Shown one piece after another: positions 30,511-53,629 of a stretch of DNA of 64,000 nucleotides. The notes under the pieces were generated by a model. That model worked only from the letters and a program-made list of their open reading frames with translations. It was not told the DNA's origin and did no database searches. Source of the DNA: the human T2T-CHM13v2.0 reference genome, Homo sapiens; NCBI RefSeq assembly GCF_009914755.1, contig NC_060944.1. One strand, written 5' to 3'. Numbering within the stretch: the stretch's first letter is position 1; every line of letters begins with the position of its first letter. Made by a program: the position numbers and the translations under genes.

Positions 30511-31581
30511 CAGCCCAACAAGCTGAATGCCAGGTCTCTGAGATGCCATTTCTTCCTGCCCTACATCTATGCTTAGATACCTGCAGAGGTGTCTCTGGTA
30601 GGTGGTCCTTCCCAGTTCACCTGAACACCTCCAGTAACAGAGATTCACTATCCTTGGGAAGCCTGGATAATTTTTTATCTTCTCTAAAAGCTGAAATTCT
30701 GTCTCCCTCTGGCATCCACCTCTTGTTCTTAGCTCAGAGGTGTGGGCCCATTCAGAGCAAGCCAGATTCCTCCTCCACAAGCAATCTTGAAACTACTTAA
30801 AGACATCTTTCTTGCTTCTTGTGGGTTTTTGCTTCTTTAAATACTAAGTATGCTTTTTTATGTCATTAATCTCTTCGTGAGCACCCCTGAGGAGCTAAGA
30901 GTGAGAGAAAATGGTATGAAACAAAAAACTTTTTGTGCAAAGAAATCTCCAGATTTCTAGATGTAATAGAAGGTGAAAAGGCAAGATGTGAAATTATGTA
31001 TTCACTAGAATTATAATTATGTAAAATAAACCTATGAAATAGGCTTCAAGGAAATATCCCCAATAGAAATATTTAACTGAAAGTGTGATTTGCTGCCTGA
31101 TTTTCGAAACTTTTTATACCATTGTTAAATTACTTACATATAATGCATTTGAGATCTTCTGAAGAGGGAAAGGATGCTTTTCAGCCTAGGGAAGGTGAAG
31201 ACACTAATGAAGTCTTTCATTTCATCCAGGCTTTCCAGGCTTGCCAAAGTGTGCCACACTTACTCTCAAGGGCTTTTACCACATCTACAAAGAAACAAAA
31301 TGAGTGTATTTAGTGCCCTTGCTCAAGGTCAGTCAAGCTGACCTATCAGGTGACTGCCCACAAGTCAGTTTATCCAAACAAGTAAACCAAATTCACTGTT
31401 CCAAGACCATCCGATTTTTCTCTCCCTTTTCTCCTTTCTCTTATAAATCCTGTATTTGCCTTGGTTCATTGGACGTCTATGGATTATCTTCCTTGTAAGA
31501 ATAAAATTTGCAAGCAAAAAACTGAAAATCTCTTTTTAAAAAAAATATAAAAAGAAAAGCAAACCTTCAATGACTCCCCCT

Positions 31582-31951
31582 TTTTTAAAAAAATTATTTT
31601 ACTTTAAGTTCTGGGATACATGTGCAGAATGTGCATGTTTGTTACATAGGTATATGAATGCCATGGTGGTTTACTGAACCTATCAACCCATCATCTAGAT
31701 TTTAAGCCCCACATGCATTAGGTATTTGTCCTAATGCTCTCCCTTCCCTTACCCCCCACCCCCCGATAGGCCCTAGTGTGTGATGTTCCTCTCCCTGTGT
31801 CCATGTGTTCTCATTGTTCAACTCCCACTTATGAGTGAGAACATGTGGTGTTTGGTTTTCCGTTTCTGTGTTAGTTTGCTGAGAATGATGGCTTCCAGCT
31901 TCATCCATGTCCCTGCAAAGGACACGGAACTCACACTTTTGTATGGCTGCC
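31582..31951 (-). mobile_element. 5'-truncated L1PA 3' end
   Basis: TTACTTTAAGTTCTGGGATACATGTGCAG...CATCCATGTCCCTGCAAAGGAC; degraded TSD ATGACTCYCC. Confidence 0.93.
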
Positions 31952-32457
31952 ATGACTCTCCATTTTATAACATCAAAAACAGAAGCTGCTCACTACTATT
32001 TATTCAAGTTCATTTCACATTTCTTTCCGACTCTAACATTCTGGCAAAGTTTATTCATTTGTCCCCTGAATGTGACCGACAAATTCTTATTTGTCTCTAT
32101 CCGTCCTCAACATGCCTGTGTGGTTTTCTTTAATGATTCAAGCTCAAATTCCTTCTGTATGTGTGTGTATATAAATTTATAAGCCAAGACTTGACAGTCC
32201 ATGAACAGAAGTGTCACTACCCATTCAACTGTTTGATTGTAAAATATCACATACTCTGTTCAAAGGGCCCCTTTCATTGCTATCGGGTAGAACCAAAGCT
32301 TTGCTATTGGGATTTATGTGATGTGAGAGCAGGAAGGAACCTTGAAGAGACCATTCAGAGCAGCCACTCATTTTATAAATAAAGGCCTCAAGGCCCAGAG
32401 CCGGTAAGTTAATTGTTCAACTCACACAATTAGTAGCATGAAACAGGGCCTTGAGTT

Positions 32458-32634
32458 CAGTGCTGTGCTGGGACAGCTTGTTCTAGCTTGAGACTCAGTT
32501 TTCAAGTTTTCAGCAATTTTTTCAGCCAGCTGGGGTATTTACACCATAGAAATTGGCAGACTAAAAATTGGGGCATTCTTCTCTTCTCCTATCCCTGGAG
32601 AGCTGGTTGTCGAGCATTTATCAGCACATCATTG
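32458..32634. mobile_element. MER63A-like DNA transposon
   Basis: CAGTGCTGTGCTGG...CAGCACATCATTG termini; GTATTTACACCATAGAAATTGGC. Confidence 0.65.
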
Positions 32635-32969
32635 ACCTTGATTTTTTCTCCATTTTCTTGAGAGGTTGAATGGAGGTCCCTTGGGTCCCTCTTTTTTCTC
32701 TGTCATAGTAGCCAGTTATCCTGCGCTTGCTTGTCACTCAGCAGGGTACAGTTTCCAAAACATCCAGGCTCACCTATCCATCTGTCTGCTTCCCATCTCC
32801 ACCTGGATATCTTACAGTCAACTGAAACTTAAGCTATCCAAAATAAAACACCTGATTACCTACCAGCCGCCTCTAGCCTGCCGCTGCCCCAACACTATCC
32901 ATTACTATTCCCCAGGTATTTGCTTTGGAAACCTGGAAGGTGCCTCTTGATTATTCCTCCCTTTTCCTT

Positions 32970-33408
32970 ATGTTTTGCGTTGAATTGTGCCCCCGCACCC
33001 CTCCTAAAATAGGTAACTGTGACTGTGACATTATTAGGAAATAGGGTCTTCACAGATGGAATTTGATGTAAATTGAGTTAATTCTGGAGTATGATGAGGC
33101 TTTAATCCAATGTGACTAGTGTCCTTATAAGAAGGGAAGAGACACAGAAAGAGATACACATGTAATGACAGAAGCAGAGACCAGTGTGATGTATCTATAA
33201 GCCAAGAGATGCCAAAGATTGACAGCAATCATCAGAAGCCAAGAGAAAGGCACCGAACAGATTCTCCCTAGAGCTTTCAGAGAGAGCATGATCCTGCTGA
33301 CACCTTGATTTCAGACTTCTGGCCTCCAGAGCTAAGAGAATAAATTTCTGTTATTTTAAGCCACCCAGTTTGTGGTAGCTAGATATAGCAGCCCCAGGAA
33401 ATAAATAC
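32970..33408 (+). mobile_element. MLT1C-type LTR nested in L2 (~32740-33920)
   Basis: GTTGAATTGTGCCCC...AAGCCAAGAGATGCCAAAGATTG...AATAAATTTCTGTTATTTTAAGCCACCCAGTTTGTGGT. Confidence 0.8.
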
Positions 33409-33949
33409 ACCTTCCAACCCTCACCCCCTCCATGTTCAATCCATCAGCAAGGCTTTGAATCATGTCTCTAAATAGAACTGGGATCTATCTACTTCTCTGC
33501 TGCCACTTTAATTCAGGCCACCTTCATCTCTACCTTGGACACTGCCACCATTTCTTCACTAGCCTAGACTTGACCCCTCCATTCCATTCAGAAAGATCCA
33601 CACATAGCATTATATCATGTCTTCTCCTGCTTAGAAGTCTGATTTCTATTGCTCTTAGCATAACCCTCAAATGCCTTAACATGGCTTACAAGATGCTAGC
33701 TGATCCTGGAAATCTCATCTCAGTCAATTTTCTCTCTCATCTCCTGTGTTCCAGCTGTAACTGTCTGCTGCTTTTTTTTTTTTTCAGTTCCTCAAATTTG
33801 GCAAATTCCTTTCCATCTCAGACCTTTGCAAGAAGTATTCTCTGCCTGAGGAACTCTCTATTGCCTTCCTCCTACTTACTACTTTTCTAACTACCAGCTC
33901 CTTCTTACCTTTAAGTCTAGAAAGCCTGCCCCTCCACCAGAATAGTCTC

Positions 33950-34445
33950 TTCCTTCCCAGAAGTGGTCTACAATGTAAATTTTCCATTCTCACATCAAGT
34001 AATGGAGTCCAATTCCCTTCCCCTTGAATATAAGCTGGCTGGCCTCATAGCTCACTTGCAGCCAACAGAAATTGCTAGAAGTTTTGTTGTGTGACTTTCC
34101 AGGCAAGTTACAAAGCATCATGAAGCTCCCACCTAATGTTCTTGGAATGCTTGGTCTGGGGGAACCTGGCACCTATGTAAGAAATCCAACAACCCTGAGA
34201 CCACCAGGCTGAAAACAACCTGTGGAGCTGCTCCAGTTGACAGTCCCATCTGAGCTTAGCCTTTTAGCCACTGCTACCACTAAACATGGGAGTGAAACTG
34301 TTTGGATCCTTTAGACCAGGCTGTTCACCTGCCACAGTCTGACTGAATTCCTGATCTACTGGATTCATAAGGCATAATCTAACAGTTGTTGTTTTAAATA
34401 ATAACTTTCTGAGGTAGTTTGTCATGCAGCAATGGTAATGGGAGC
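33950..34445 (+). mobile_element. MLT1H-type LTR
   Basis: GGAGTCCAATTCCCTTCCCCTTGAAT...GGTAGTTTGTCATGCAGCAAT. Confidence 0.65.
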
Positions 34446-34571
34446 ACCTCCATAGTAGTTATTCAGACTCCCAAATGTTGACATGTTGGTGTGACATCTG
34501 TGAGATGGGAAGCTCTGTGACAGCAGGGACCATGCCTATCTTCCTCACTACTGTATCTCCAATAGCTAACA

Positions 34572-34674
34572 TAGGATTTGCTATGTTGTAGGTGCCCAAT
34601 AAAGGTAAAACACTAAAGGTGCCCAATAAAGGTAAGATGTAGGATTTGCTATGTTGTAGGTGCCAAATAAAGGT
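34572..34674 (+). repeat. Local 35-nt direct duplication with a partial third copy
   Basis: TAGGATTTGCTATGTTGTAGGTGCC(C/A)AATAAAGGT at 34572 and 34640; partial copy at 34617. Confidence 0.9.
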
Positions 34675-35745
34675 GAGACAGTCCCAAAGTCTTAGTATGG
34701 TTTTAGGTTACTTAAAGTATTTAAAGCTTGACGCTGTACAAAGACTTCTGGGATATCCTATGTTAACCGAAGAAAGGAATGAGCTCTTTCCATCTCAGCC
34801 TCTTGTAATGGAATCTGACATTTGCAATTTCAGTCACGAGGAAATAACTTAGAACTAATTTCTTTCAGGCTTCTAAACTGACCAGTCTTATTCATAATCT
34901 TCTACTGAGATGACAAAATGTATTATAAGTTATATTAATATCTTTGGAAAGCTGAAGTAATTTGGTAACATTAAATGTCAGGAAGTAGCTTCATATTAAA
35001 GCTGAACAAAGACTATGATTACAGAGAGACCATCCAATATCAATAAGAGACAAACACAATTTCTTATTTTTTCAGCACCAGTTTTAATAAACTCATTAAC
35101 TCTTGTGATGATGTTTCTGCCAGTGAATGATAGAGAAATTTACAATACTTGAATTGACCCACATTCACCTTAAAATAGAATAGGAAATATCAGCCTCAAT
35201 TACATAATTGTTTTGGATTCTCTAGACAGAAATAATTTTCAGGGTTGTCTTGTCCGTGCATAATCTGCAATTCAAACTAGAGGCTTCATAATTTTTCTTT
35301 CAACTTCTTTGTGATAAGAATCCAACCTGTCTCCTGAGTTTAAATCTTGCCTGATATGTTTTATAAATATCTGATCTTGTGTTGCAGGATGATTCTGACC
35401 AACCTAAAATTAGACTGTGAGCATGATATCTCTTTATGTCTTCAGAATCCTTCTCTAAAGGTTTGTGAAAATGCTATAACCACCAATTCTTCTCTAAGCT
35501 TGGCCCTAACATATTTTCTCACATATAGTCATCTTATATAGGTGCTTAATAAATGTGGGGTTAAATCACTCGATAAAGTTCACTCAGAAGATGGATCATA
35601 TAGCTAAACATTGATTACTTTGGTTTTTTTTTTTGGAATGTCAATTAGGCAGAAAAACATTGATTACTTTGACTTTCCCTTTAAAAGGTATGAGTCACCT
35701 CAGATATATAACCTCTTATGTACTAAAAACAGTTTATAGTTGTGA

Positions 35746-36067
<322 letters not shown>

Positions 36068-36196
36068 AAGAATTATTTCTCAGAGGTGATTTTGATCAAT
36101 GTATAAAGTCAGGAGGCGCTAGGCTATGCTGCATTAACAAATATCCCCTAAATATCAGTTAATTATTTCTTGCTTTTATTACATGACCAGTTTGAA

Positions 36197-36197
<1 letters not shown>

Positions 36198-36247
<50 letters not shown>
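36198..36247. repeat. (TG)n microsatellite, about 24 units
   Basis: Uninterrupted TG run. Confidence 0.97.
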
Positions 36248-36248
<1 letters not shown>

Positions 36249-36782
36249 GGGCAGGAGGAGGGTGTCCTTTAATCATTAGTGCCTACACTTGACAGAGGTT
36301 CCATCTTGCAATATGTTTCCAAGATCACAAGGACAGGAAAAAGGGCACCTGGCAAATTGTGCACTGGCCTGTGATGCTCCTACTTGGAAGTGATGCATGT
36401 CTCATGCTCTCACAATTCATTAGCCAAAGCAGTGACTTGGCCATGCCAATTTTCAAAGGATGTAGAGTAGTGCAAGCCCTCCATGAGCCTGGAAGGAGCA
36501 AGAATCACAGTATTTGTGAAGAGCTGAAATGACTACCACAAATTAGAAAGTGACCCAGGGCTCCCCAAATAAGCAATCACCTGTTAAAAAGAATAAATAT
36601 TCCAGACTTTCTTTCTCTCCAGGTTTATGTCTACATGCCCAGTAGAAGACAGTTAAAATAAAGTTTCAAATAAATACGAGCTCCTTTGAAAGAAATAGTT
36701 GATTTGTGTTTCAAAAGGAAGATAGTATTCTGTATCTGGTAGTATCTCTATGGCTCTAGAGATAACTACAGTTTGATACTAG

Positions 36783-37476
<694 letters not shown>

Positions 37477-39669
37477 CCAACCATTCTTAAAAAAGAAATG
37501 CTTAGGTTCTTGCTACCCAAAATGCGGTATGGGACCAGCAGCATCAGCATCATCCGGGAGTTTGCTACAAATGCAGCTTCTCAGCACTGGATTAAGATAT
37601 CTGGGGAATGCCCAAGAAATCAACAATATATCACTTTTGAAATTACACAATCAGGGCCTGACAGTCTTTTTTTTTTTTTAAAGCTGTTCTTTTTAAATTT
37701 TGTGTTTTCAAACTGTCCTAAGGCTTAAGACTCAAAAAAAATTACAGGGATTAATCATAGGGAAGCAAAACCCATTATATTTAAAAGTTGTGTGTGCATA
37801 ATATTTTATTTCATGGGAGCATCTCATGGGACTGAAATCTTAATTTTCTAGTCTCAAAGAGAACGACAGTTGTATGATGCTACTTTAGCTCCTTTAGGGA
37901 AGGGCAGGTGATACAATACTGAGCACAACCTACATGTCTCACAAAAAGTTCACCAAAAAAGTTCAGGTTTTCCCCACACTTCTTTGGATTAATGATCAGG
38001 TCCTCAAAGAAAAACTACCATTTCCAAACTTTATGGAATGTGCACATTCTCATAGCCTATCTGAGACATCACCCATTCTGGGGAGAGGGTATTTTGCTGC
38101 ATGTGAAAGACACACTATTCTTAACATTAATACAGTAGTGAACATCAGAGGCAATAGTCATATTTGGGTTTCTTTCATTCCTAAAAGCAAGAATGTATCC
38201 ACAAAGAATGAAATGTAAGAATTAAGTAAAATGAAAGAAAATTGCACAAAATTATTTCCTCCCTGAATTGGGGGTGGGAGAGTGGTGCTTTTTAGGAAGT
38301 TTCAGTCAACATTATCCCAACCTCCCTGGAAAACATAAACCTGATTTGGTGCTCAACAATAACGCCTAGATTTGTTTAATGCTTGTTGTGAAAATAATTT
38401 CACTCTAGATACATTTCTTAATGTAATCACCACCTGGGGAGAGAAAGAAGATACAAACGAATTGCCATACATTTTGTGACTCTATGTAACATAAATAAGA
38501 CAAAATTTATCCACCAGTTTTATGGTGCATTTTCCTTTATACATGGCTCCTTCTTAAAACTACTGCAGCAAGATACCAAAAACATTTAATGAGAAACATA
38601 AAACACGTGCAGATAAGGTAGGGAAATGTATGTGTATTCGGAGTCACTAAGAGACACCTCAGTTATCTTCCTTATAATTTAGACATCTTGGCACAGTTTT
38701 ATTCCCTACTGTTTGTAGTAATTTTTCTGCTACTCCCAAAATAAGCAAGTTTTATCATCTGCAAATACATGACACTTGGATAGGGTGGTTATAACGCTGC
38801 CTCCTTGTTTCTCTCGATTAAAAAAAGCCTGTTTCACAGGAAAATAAATCACGATACCTAACCCAAATGTGAAAGAACAGACTGAGCAGAACTAACAAAA
38901 CTCATTTGCTCTTCTAGTTTTTAAAAATGTGAGTTTTGGACATCTGATTCCTGATCTCACCCTCAAGAAGTGGATCTGGTTATAAAGTGATGATGTTTTA
39001 CAGTACATGTGACCATAGTTTAGCTGCTATAATATTCTTAATATAGTTACATAGCCAGGCTATGCAAGGTTTCTCACAAAACCAGAAAAGCTATTCGATC
39101 CTTATCATTCCCTTCCTGTACTGTTCTCAATAACTGGCTTCTCAAATCGTTCAGGAAACCACTGAGAATCATTAACGGGTTATTGGAATGCCCAGAGTGA
39201 CTGCCCAAGGACAGGAAAATGCACTGGCTCTTTTTAGAAGAACCTGGAAAAGTGCATGCAGACCATTGCGGCTGAGTTGGCAATGGATGATTTCCTTCTC
39301 ACAGTGTAATGTACAATAGCTGTAATTTAATTGTTAATAGAACACAACATGCAGTCTGTCTTCAGGCCTCTGTGTTTCTTGTGGTATTTTCTTCCCAGGT
39401 TGGAGTGTTTTTGTATAATCACATCTTATTCTCTTTTAACAGTTATCAACTCTTGGCTAGATCCCCTTATACAATACAGAGTATAGTTTATTCTCAGTAG
39501 TGTAGCCATCCTCATTATTATCAAACAGAACTAATTGCTGAGATGCTCATAGTAATATGCAAAACAGCTTGTCCTTTGTTATTTAGAAATTGTTTATATT
39601 AAGTTTATATTCTCTTTTAATTTGTTAAAGATATAATTCTTTGACTGAGATAGGACATTTCTTCTCATT

Positions 39670-39800
39670 GGTTTATTTATTTTAGAGATGAGATCTCACT
39701 ATGTTGCCCAGGATGATTTTGAACTCCTGGACTCAACCAGTCCTCCTGTCTCAGCCTCCCCAAATGCTAGGATTACAGGTGTGAGCTACTACACTCAGCC
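39670..39800 (-). mobile_element. Alu monomer (FLAM-like)
   Basis: AGAGATGAGATCTCACTATGTTGCCCAGG...ACACTCAGCC. Confidence 0.85.
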
Positions 39801-40149
39801 ATTTCTTCTAGTTTTAGATCTATATAATAAAACGATGCTTTTCTGTGATCCCTTAACATTCTCTACACTCAGGTGCATGTTCAAAGCATATTTGTTTTAC
39901 TGTTGCCTAGTTTTCCATGTCATTCATTGAATTATCCAATGCATATTAATTATCAGTCACTTTTCCCATTACTAAGGGTACTTGAGTGAACAGAGCAGAC
40001 AAAAACCCCACCCTTAAAAAGCTTATATTATTTTCAAGTTGTTGCAACTTTAGGTGTTTTTAAAAAATAAAAATTCCCAGCTGATAAAACCAACTTATTT
40101 GACAGCTACCTGCCTCACCAGTAGAACCAAGTTATAGCCAGAATTCAGA

Positions 40150-40350
40150 AATAACATTTTTGAGCATTTATTGTGTCTGACAATGTGCCAATCACTTTAC
40201 ATTTATTTTAGCTCATTTAATGCTTACAACAACTAGAAGGAGGTACTATTAGGATCCCTATTTTACAGATGAAAAAAGTGAAGGTCAGAGAGATTAGTTA
40301 AGCAGAGGGTACAAGATTAGGTTCCAGTTGACTCTTAACAACCATTTCAT
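40150..40350. mobile_element. MIR
   Basis: CCCTATTTTACAGATGAAAAAAGTGAAGGTCAGAGAG core. Confidence 0.75.
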
Positions 40351-40829
40351 ATTCCAGGTGATGCTTTACAGACATCTGATGAATGGATGGATGAATGAAT
40401 GCATGCACTTTGGGAACTCCCATTCAGCTTGGCATAAATACTAACTCCTTAGAATACCCTAGAAAAATCTAGACCTTTTGTTGGAAGAAAAGAGTGGGAA
40501 GGGTGGTAGGGAATTATTTTTTCGAGTGAATTGAGGCAGATGATCTTACAGATGACTGGGTTCTAGTCAGCATGGTTGCCTTATCTGGTGAGAGATGAGA
40601 ATTGGGCAGACACCAGTTCTGTCTGCCCTGGGCCCTCAAACTGAGTAGCCTCTGAGATTCAAGTTCATCAGCACAGTGTTGGAGGACAGTTCCTGCAGAG
40701 CCCCATGAATCAGAGGAGACTCGGAGGCAGGAGGAACTGGCTATCCTAAAGGTGATTTTAAACCGGGGTAGCTAGAGCCCAAAGAAGGGCGAAACCAGGA
40801 CTAACTGCCCCATAGCATGAGGGGCAGCG

Positions 40830-41720
40830 CCTGTAAAATTACATAGGATTTGTAAAGGTGGAAGGCACTGTTGCGCCGGGTAAAGCTTCGCAAGGTCGTG
40901 GTAGGGGAAATGATTCACTCCCCTTCACTATTCCCTCGCAGCATGGTCCTCACAACCCCCTTCTCTTTCCCCATTTCCATTTCCGGACTCTTCTCCTGCC
41001 CGCAGGGCAGACGCACGCGCAGAGAGATTGCCAGCCCTGGCTGCCAGAGACCCGGAAGCATCGATCGGCTCTGTGCTCGGCTTCTAGACTTGTCGGCGCT
41101 CGATTGAGGAGCGTGGCTACGTTGCTTCCGGTGCCTGGCTCCGTTTCCTGCTTTTGGTTCTTACAGTAGTCGGCGTAGGCCTTAGGTGGGTTCGTGCGCC
41201 TTCTACCTCGCTGTTTCGGTTTTCCTGGCTCCTCGGCCCTTTTCTCCCCTGTTGCAGCTGGGAGCGGACGAAGCGCGAAGCTGGGGTGGGTACGCGTTTG
41301 GCCCGGGTTTGGATCTCGGAGGGGCAGGCTTGGGGGTGAGGAGACTGACTCTGGGGCCGGGCATCGCGTGGCAGCTCCCTTGGACTTCGTTAGGGGGCCT
41401 TGGGCGAAGGTGCTTGTGTCTGGAGAGGCGGGAGGCTTGCGCGTACGAAGTAAAGGATAGTTAATGTCAGTCTGCTCGTGCGAGGCGTGGACAGTTCACT
41501 GCGCTTTCAGGTGTCTTCCAGCGGCTCCCTTTTGGTGGTGGCGGGTAATTCAGGGTGTCCCTGTAACAACGCAGCCCACGATCAAACCTCGCATGAAACC
41601 CTGCAAGAGCCTCCCCTTTGTCCCCCTACCTTCACTTTGACCTCTGCCTCAGTCACTTCCCTTTCGTCGTCTCCTTTGCGACCCCTGCCCCTTCTCCAGA
41701 TTTCGATTTAGGGGGTCGCA
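40830..41720. promoter_or_regulatory. SNRPB2: CpG-island, TATA-less housekeeping promoter of SNRPB2
   Basis: Abrupt CpG/GC enrichment. ETS (GABPA/ELK-type) CCGGAAG at 41052 and CTTCCGG at ~41125; NRF1-like ACGCACGCGCA at 41011. Confidence 0.9.
41100..41285 (+). other. SNRPB2: SNRPB2 non-coding first exon region with two donors (41185|GTGGGT, 41285|GTGGGT); TSS approximate
   Basis: Lies in the CpG island next to ETS motifs; donors TAG|GTGGGT and GGG|GTGGGT; no ATG in 41100-41285. Confidence 0.75.
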
Positions 41721-41959
41721 AGGCTTTGAGAAGCGTTACGTTTTACCTGTTACCTGCACAAGTGCAGCCCCTGCTTGTAGGCTCTTCCCTTGTCAATCAT
41801 CCAATGCAGTTCACATACAGTGGATGCTCTGTAAATACTGTGAGATAAAGGAATATGTGGGGCACACAAGGAAATCATCCAAGTTCACAATTTGCAAGTA
41901 AAAACCATGTAAAAAATGCAATAGTGTGGTATATGAGGAAGACAAGTGTAGAGGAGAAA

Positions 41960-42260
41960 GCAAGGGCTGAATTTCCAGGCCTGATGCTTATTAGCTGTGT
42001 GACCTTAGGCAAGTTCCTTACCTGGTAATAGCTGTTAATAATAGCTACTCTTAAGTGTTTACCGCTGATGCAGAACTGTGCTAGAATTCATTTAGTCTTC
42101 TGAGTTCTATTGGGTAGGTTCTGTTACCATTCTTATTTTACTGATGAGGACCTGAGAGGTTAAGGAACTTCCCTCAGGCAAACAGCTAGTAAGAAGCATA
42201 AATAGGATTTGAATTCACATCTGGCTGATACTGGAATCTGAGTTTAATCGTCATGCCACA
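41960..42260. mobile_element. MIR fragments (SNRPB2 intron 1)
   Basis: TAGCTGTGTGACCTTAGGCAAGTT; ATTTTACTGATGAGGA...GGATTTGAATTC. Confidence 0.7.
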
Positions 42261-42823
42261 CTGCTGTCATTGAGCTCCTTTCTTTCAAGTCGGTTAGAGA
42301 TAACCTTGGAGTCCAGACAGCTTGGTGATGCTGTATACAAATTAATAGGTATGGAAGGACTTTGTAAGTGCACCCATTAAGTAGTTGGCAAACTTCATTA
42401 ATGTCTAACCTTATGATTTTTACTGGATGTACATTTGCTACTTTGGTCATTTTTCTTCAAATCTACATTTTAAAATTATTTCATTGAGGAGGTGGAAAGA
42501 AAATGTCACGTGTCATAAGTGAAACGTAAGTGTAAAAATAAATGTGTTGAATTAAATGGTGTTACTAAAATCTGGCTAGGTATTGGTGCTCCAAGTTTTG
42601 AATGTGAGAAACTGTTCTTCTTCTGTATGAAAAGGAGGGCTAGTAGGTGCTGGAGATACAATAAAGGCTACAGCCAAACTGACATTTTCTGACAACTGGG
42701 ATTGAAAGAGAAATGAAAAGTTAATAATTCTTGTGTTGTGTCCTTATGCCACAGTCCAGTATAATTTACTCCTTCCTTTTTATAACAGATTTTTTACTGT
42801 CTCCTGAAGAATTTAACACAAAC

Positions 42824-52127
<9,304 letters not shown>

Positions 52128-52315
52128 CATTTGGGATAGTCGTCTTTAAAAGACTTGGTGTTATTTACAGTGTTTGTTTTGATAACATTTGGCTGGGTCA
52201 TTTTAATAGTTAGAGATGAGGAGGAGTAAAAGTGAAATTTTTGTGAAGGACTTAAATTATCCAGTGTTTCTTTAGCCTTGGTGAACTATGAAATACGAAG
52301 GCCTTAATTTTGTAC

Positions 52316-52882
52316 AATAAACTTTTATTTGTATTCTGTGTATATAATGCTTTCTTGATTGACCCATCGCCCTATCATCAAATGACTTCTAGTCTAGAAC
52401 ACACTTAAGGTTTATAAACTTGTGTAATAGGATGCTTTTCTAGTGTTACTTTGGAGGAGCTAATTATACAACATCATTGAACCATTCAATAAAAGTTAAG
52501 TAAAATTAGATCACAGAAGCTAGTAGATGACTGTTGTATTAATGGTAACAATGATTGTTCTGGGTATTAGAAGAAAATGAGACCCAGGCAGGATCTAAAT
52601 TTGATCTTTGTATCCTTTTAAGAAATGAATATATTATTTTGCTGCTAGTAGGGATTCCACAAGTTTTCTTCATTCAGTATTAAATAAAGGCTGTTCTTAC
52701 TGTTTACTGAGAAAACAGAAAGGGAATGCTATCTTCACACTTTGCATTTAATGCTGTTTCCTTCATGAGGCAGGACTGTTCTAAGGTTAATATGCAATCT
52801 CTTTATTGAAAGACCTCCAGGGTAAAAATTTTTTGATCTATAGTCTCTTTTCCCCCTTAAGACAAATAGACTGATTAATAAA
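52316..52882 (+). terminator. SNRPB2: SNRPB2 3'UTR polyadenylation signals (tandem AATAAA)
   Basis: AATAAA at 52316, 52488, 52683, 52877; the first is preceded by TGTA and followed by T/GT-rich sequence. Confidence 0.75.
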
Positions 52883-53629
52883 GAGTTGCCAGTGCTAAGC
52901 TTGCTACTTCTTTGTAATTCTTAAACACCAATGTTCAAATATTTCCAAAGCCCATTTTCTTTAGCTTTTGATTTATGTTTAAGGCTATTGATTCAGTCCT
53001 CTGCTGAGTAAACCATGGGTATCTCCAGAAGTGGACAATTTGTTTTTACAAGTATGGTACATATTAATAGTAACAACAACAAAAAAGAAAACAGTACTTA
53101 TTTTTCTGGTGTTCCTGTTTTAGTATTCCTTGAACAAAACCTTTATCACTTGGAATTTTTATTGTCTACTTATGGAAAGACTTTTAGACTTACGTAGACA
53201 GTATCACATCACTCTTATGCATACATAAAGAGGAAAAAAATGTTTCCTATAATTTTGTCACAGTTAGTCTGACTCTTCTGAATAACTTTTTTAATCCCAG
53301 TAGTCAAGCTCCTGTACTTTTGTAAAATATATTAACAGTGAATTACTAGAAAATGGGCCATGTTCTTGTATATTACAGTGATGTCAATTGCTGATAAATT
53401 TCCTAACTGCTTACTCTCGGATACCGTACTTGTCTAAGAACTGAAAATAATTCACAGACTGATCCCATGCCCAGTCCTGGCCATGCTTTGAGTGGCTGTA
53501 TTGGAGCAGAAAAGCCAGGGTGGCTCACCTGGGGTGAGAATGAGGGGGGTGAATAGTAAGAGGGGTCGTGTAGGTCTTCTTCAGGATTTGCTTATACTCT
53601 GAGTGAAATGGGGGACTATTTTAGAGAAT

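Noticed and set aside
34572-34674. CRISPR-like repeat-spacer pattern
   Set aside because: Only two full copies, irregular spacing, eukaryotic context, no cas genes.
40858-41848. Overlapping ORFs across the CpG island
   Set aside because: GC-rich stop-poor promoter/intron sequence with non-ATG starts; the real CDS starts at 42824.
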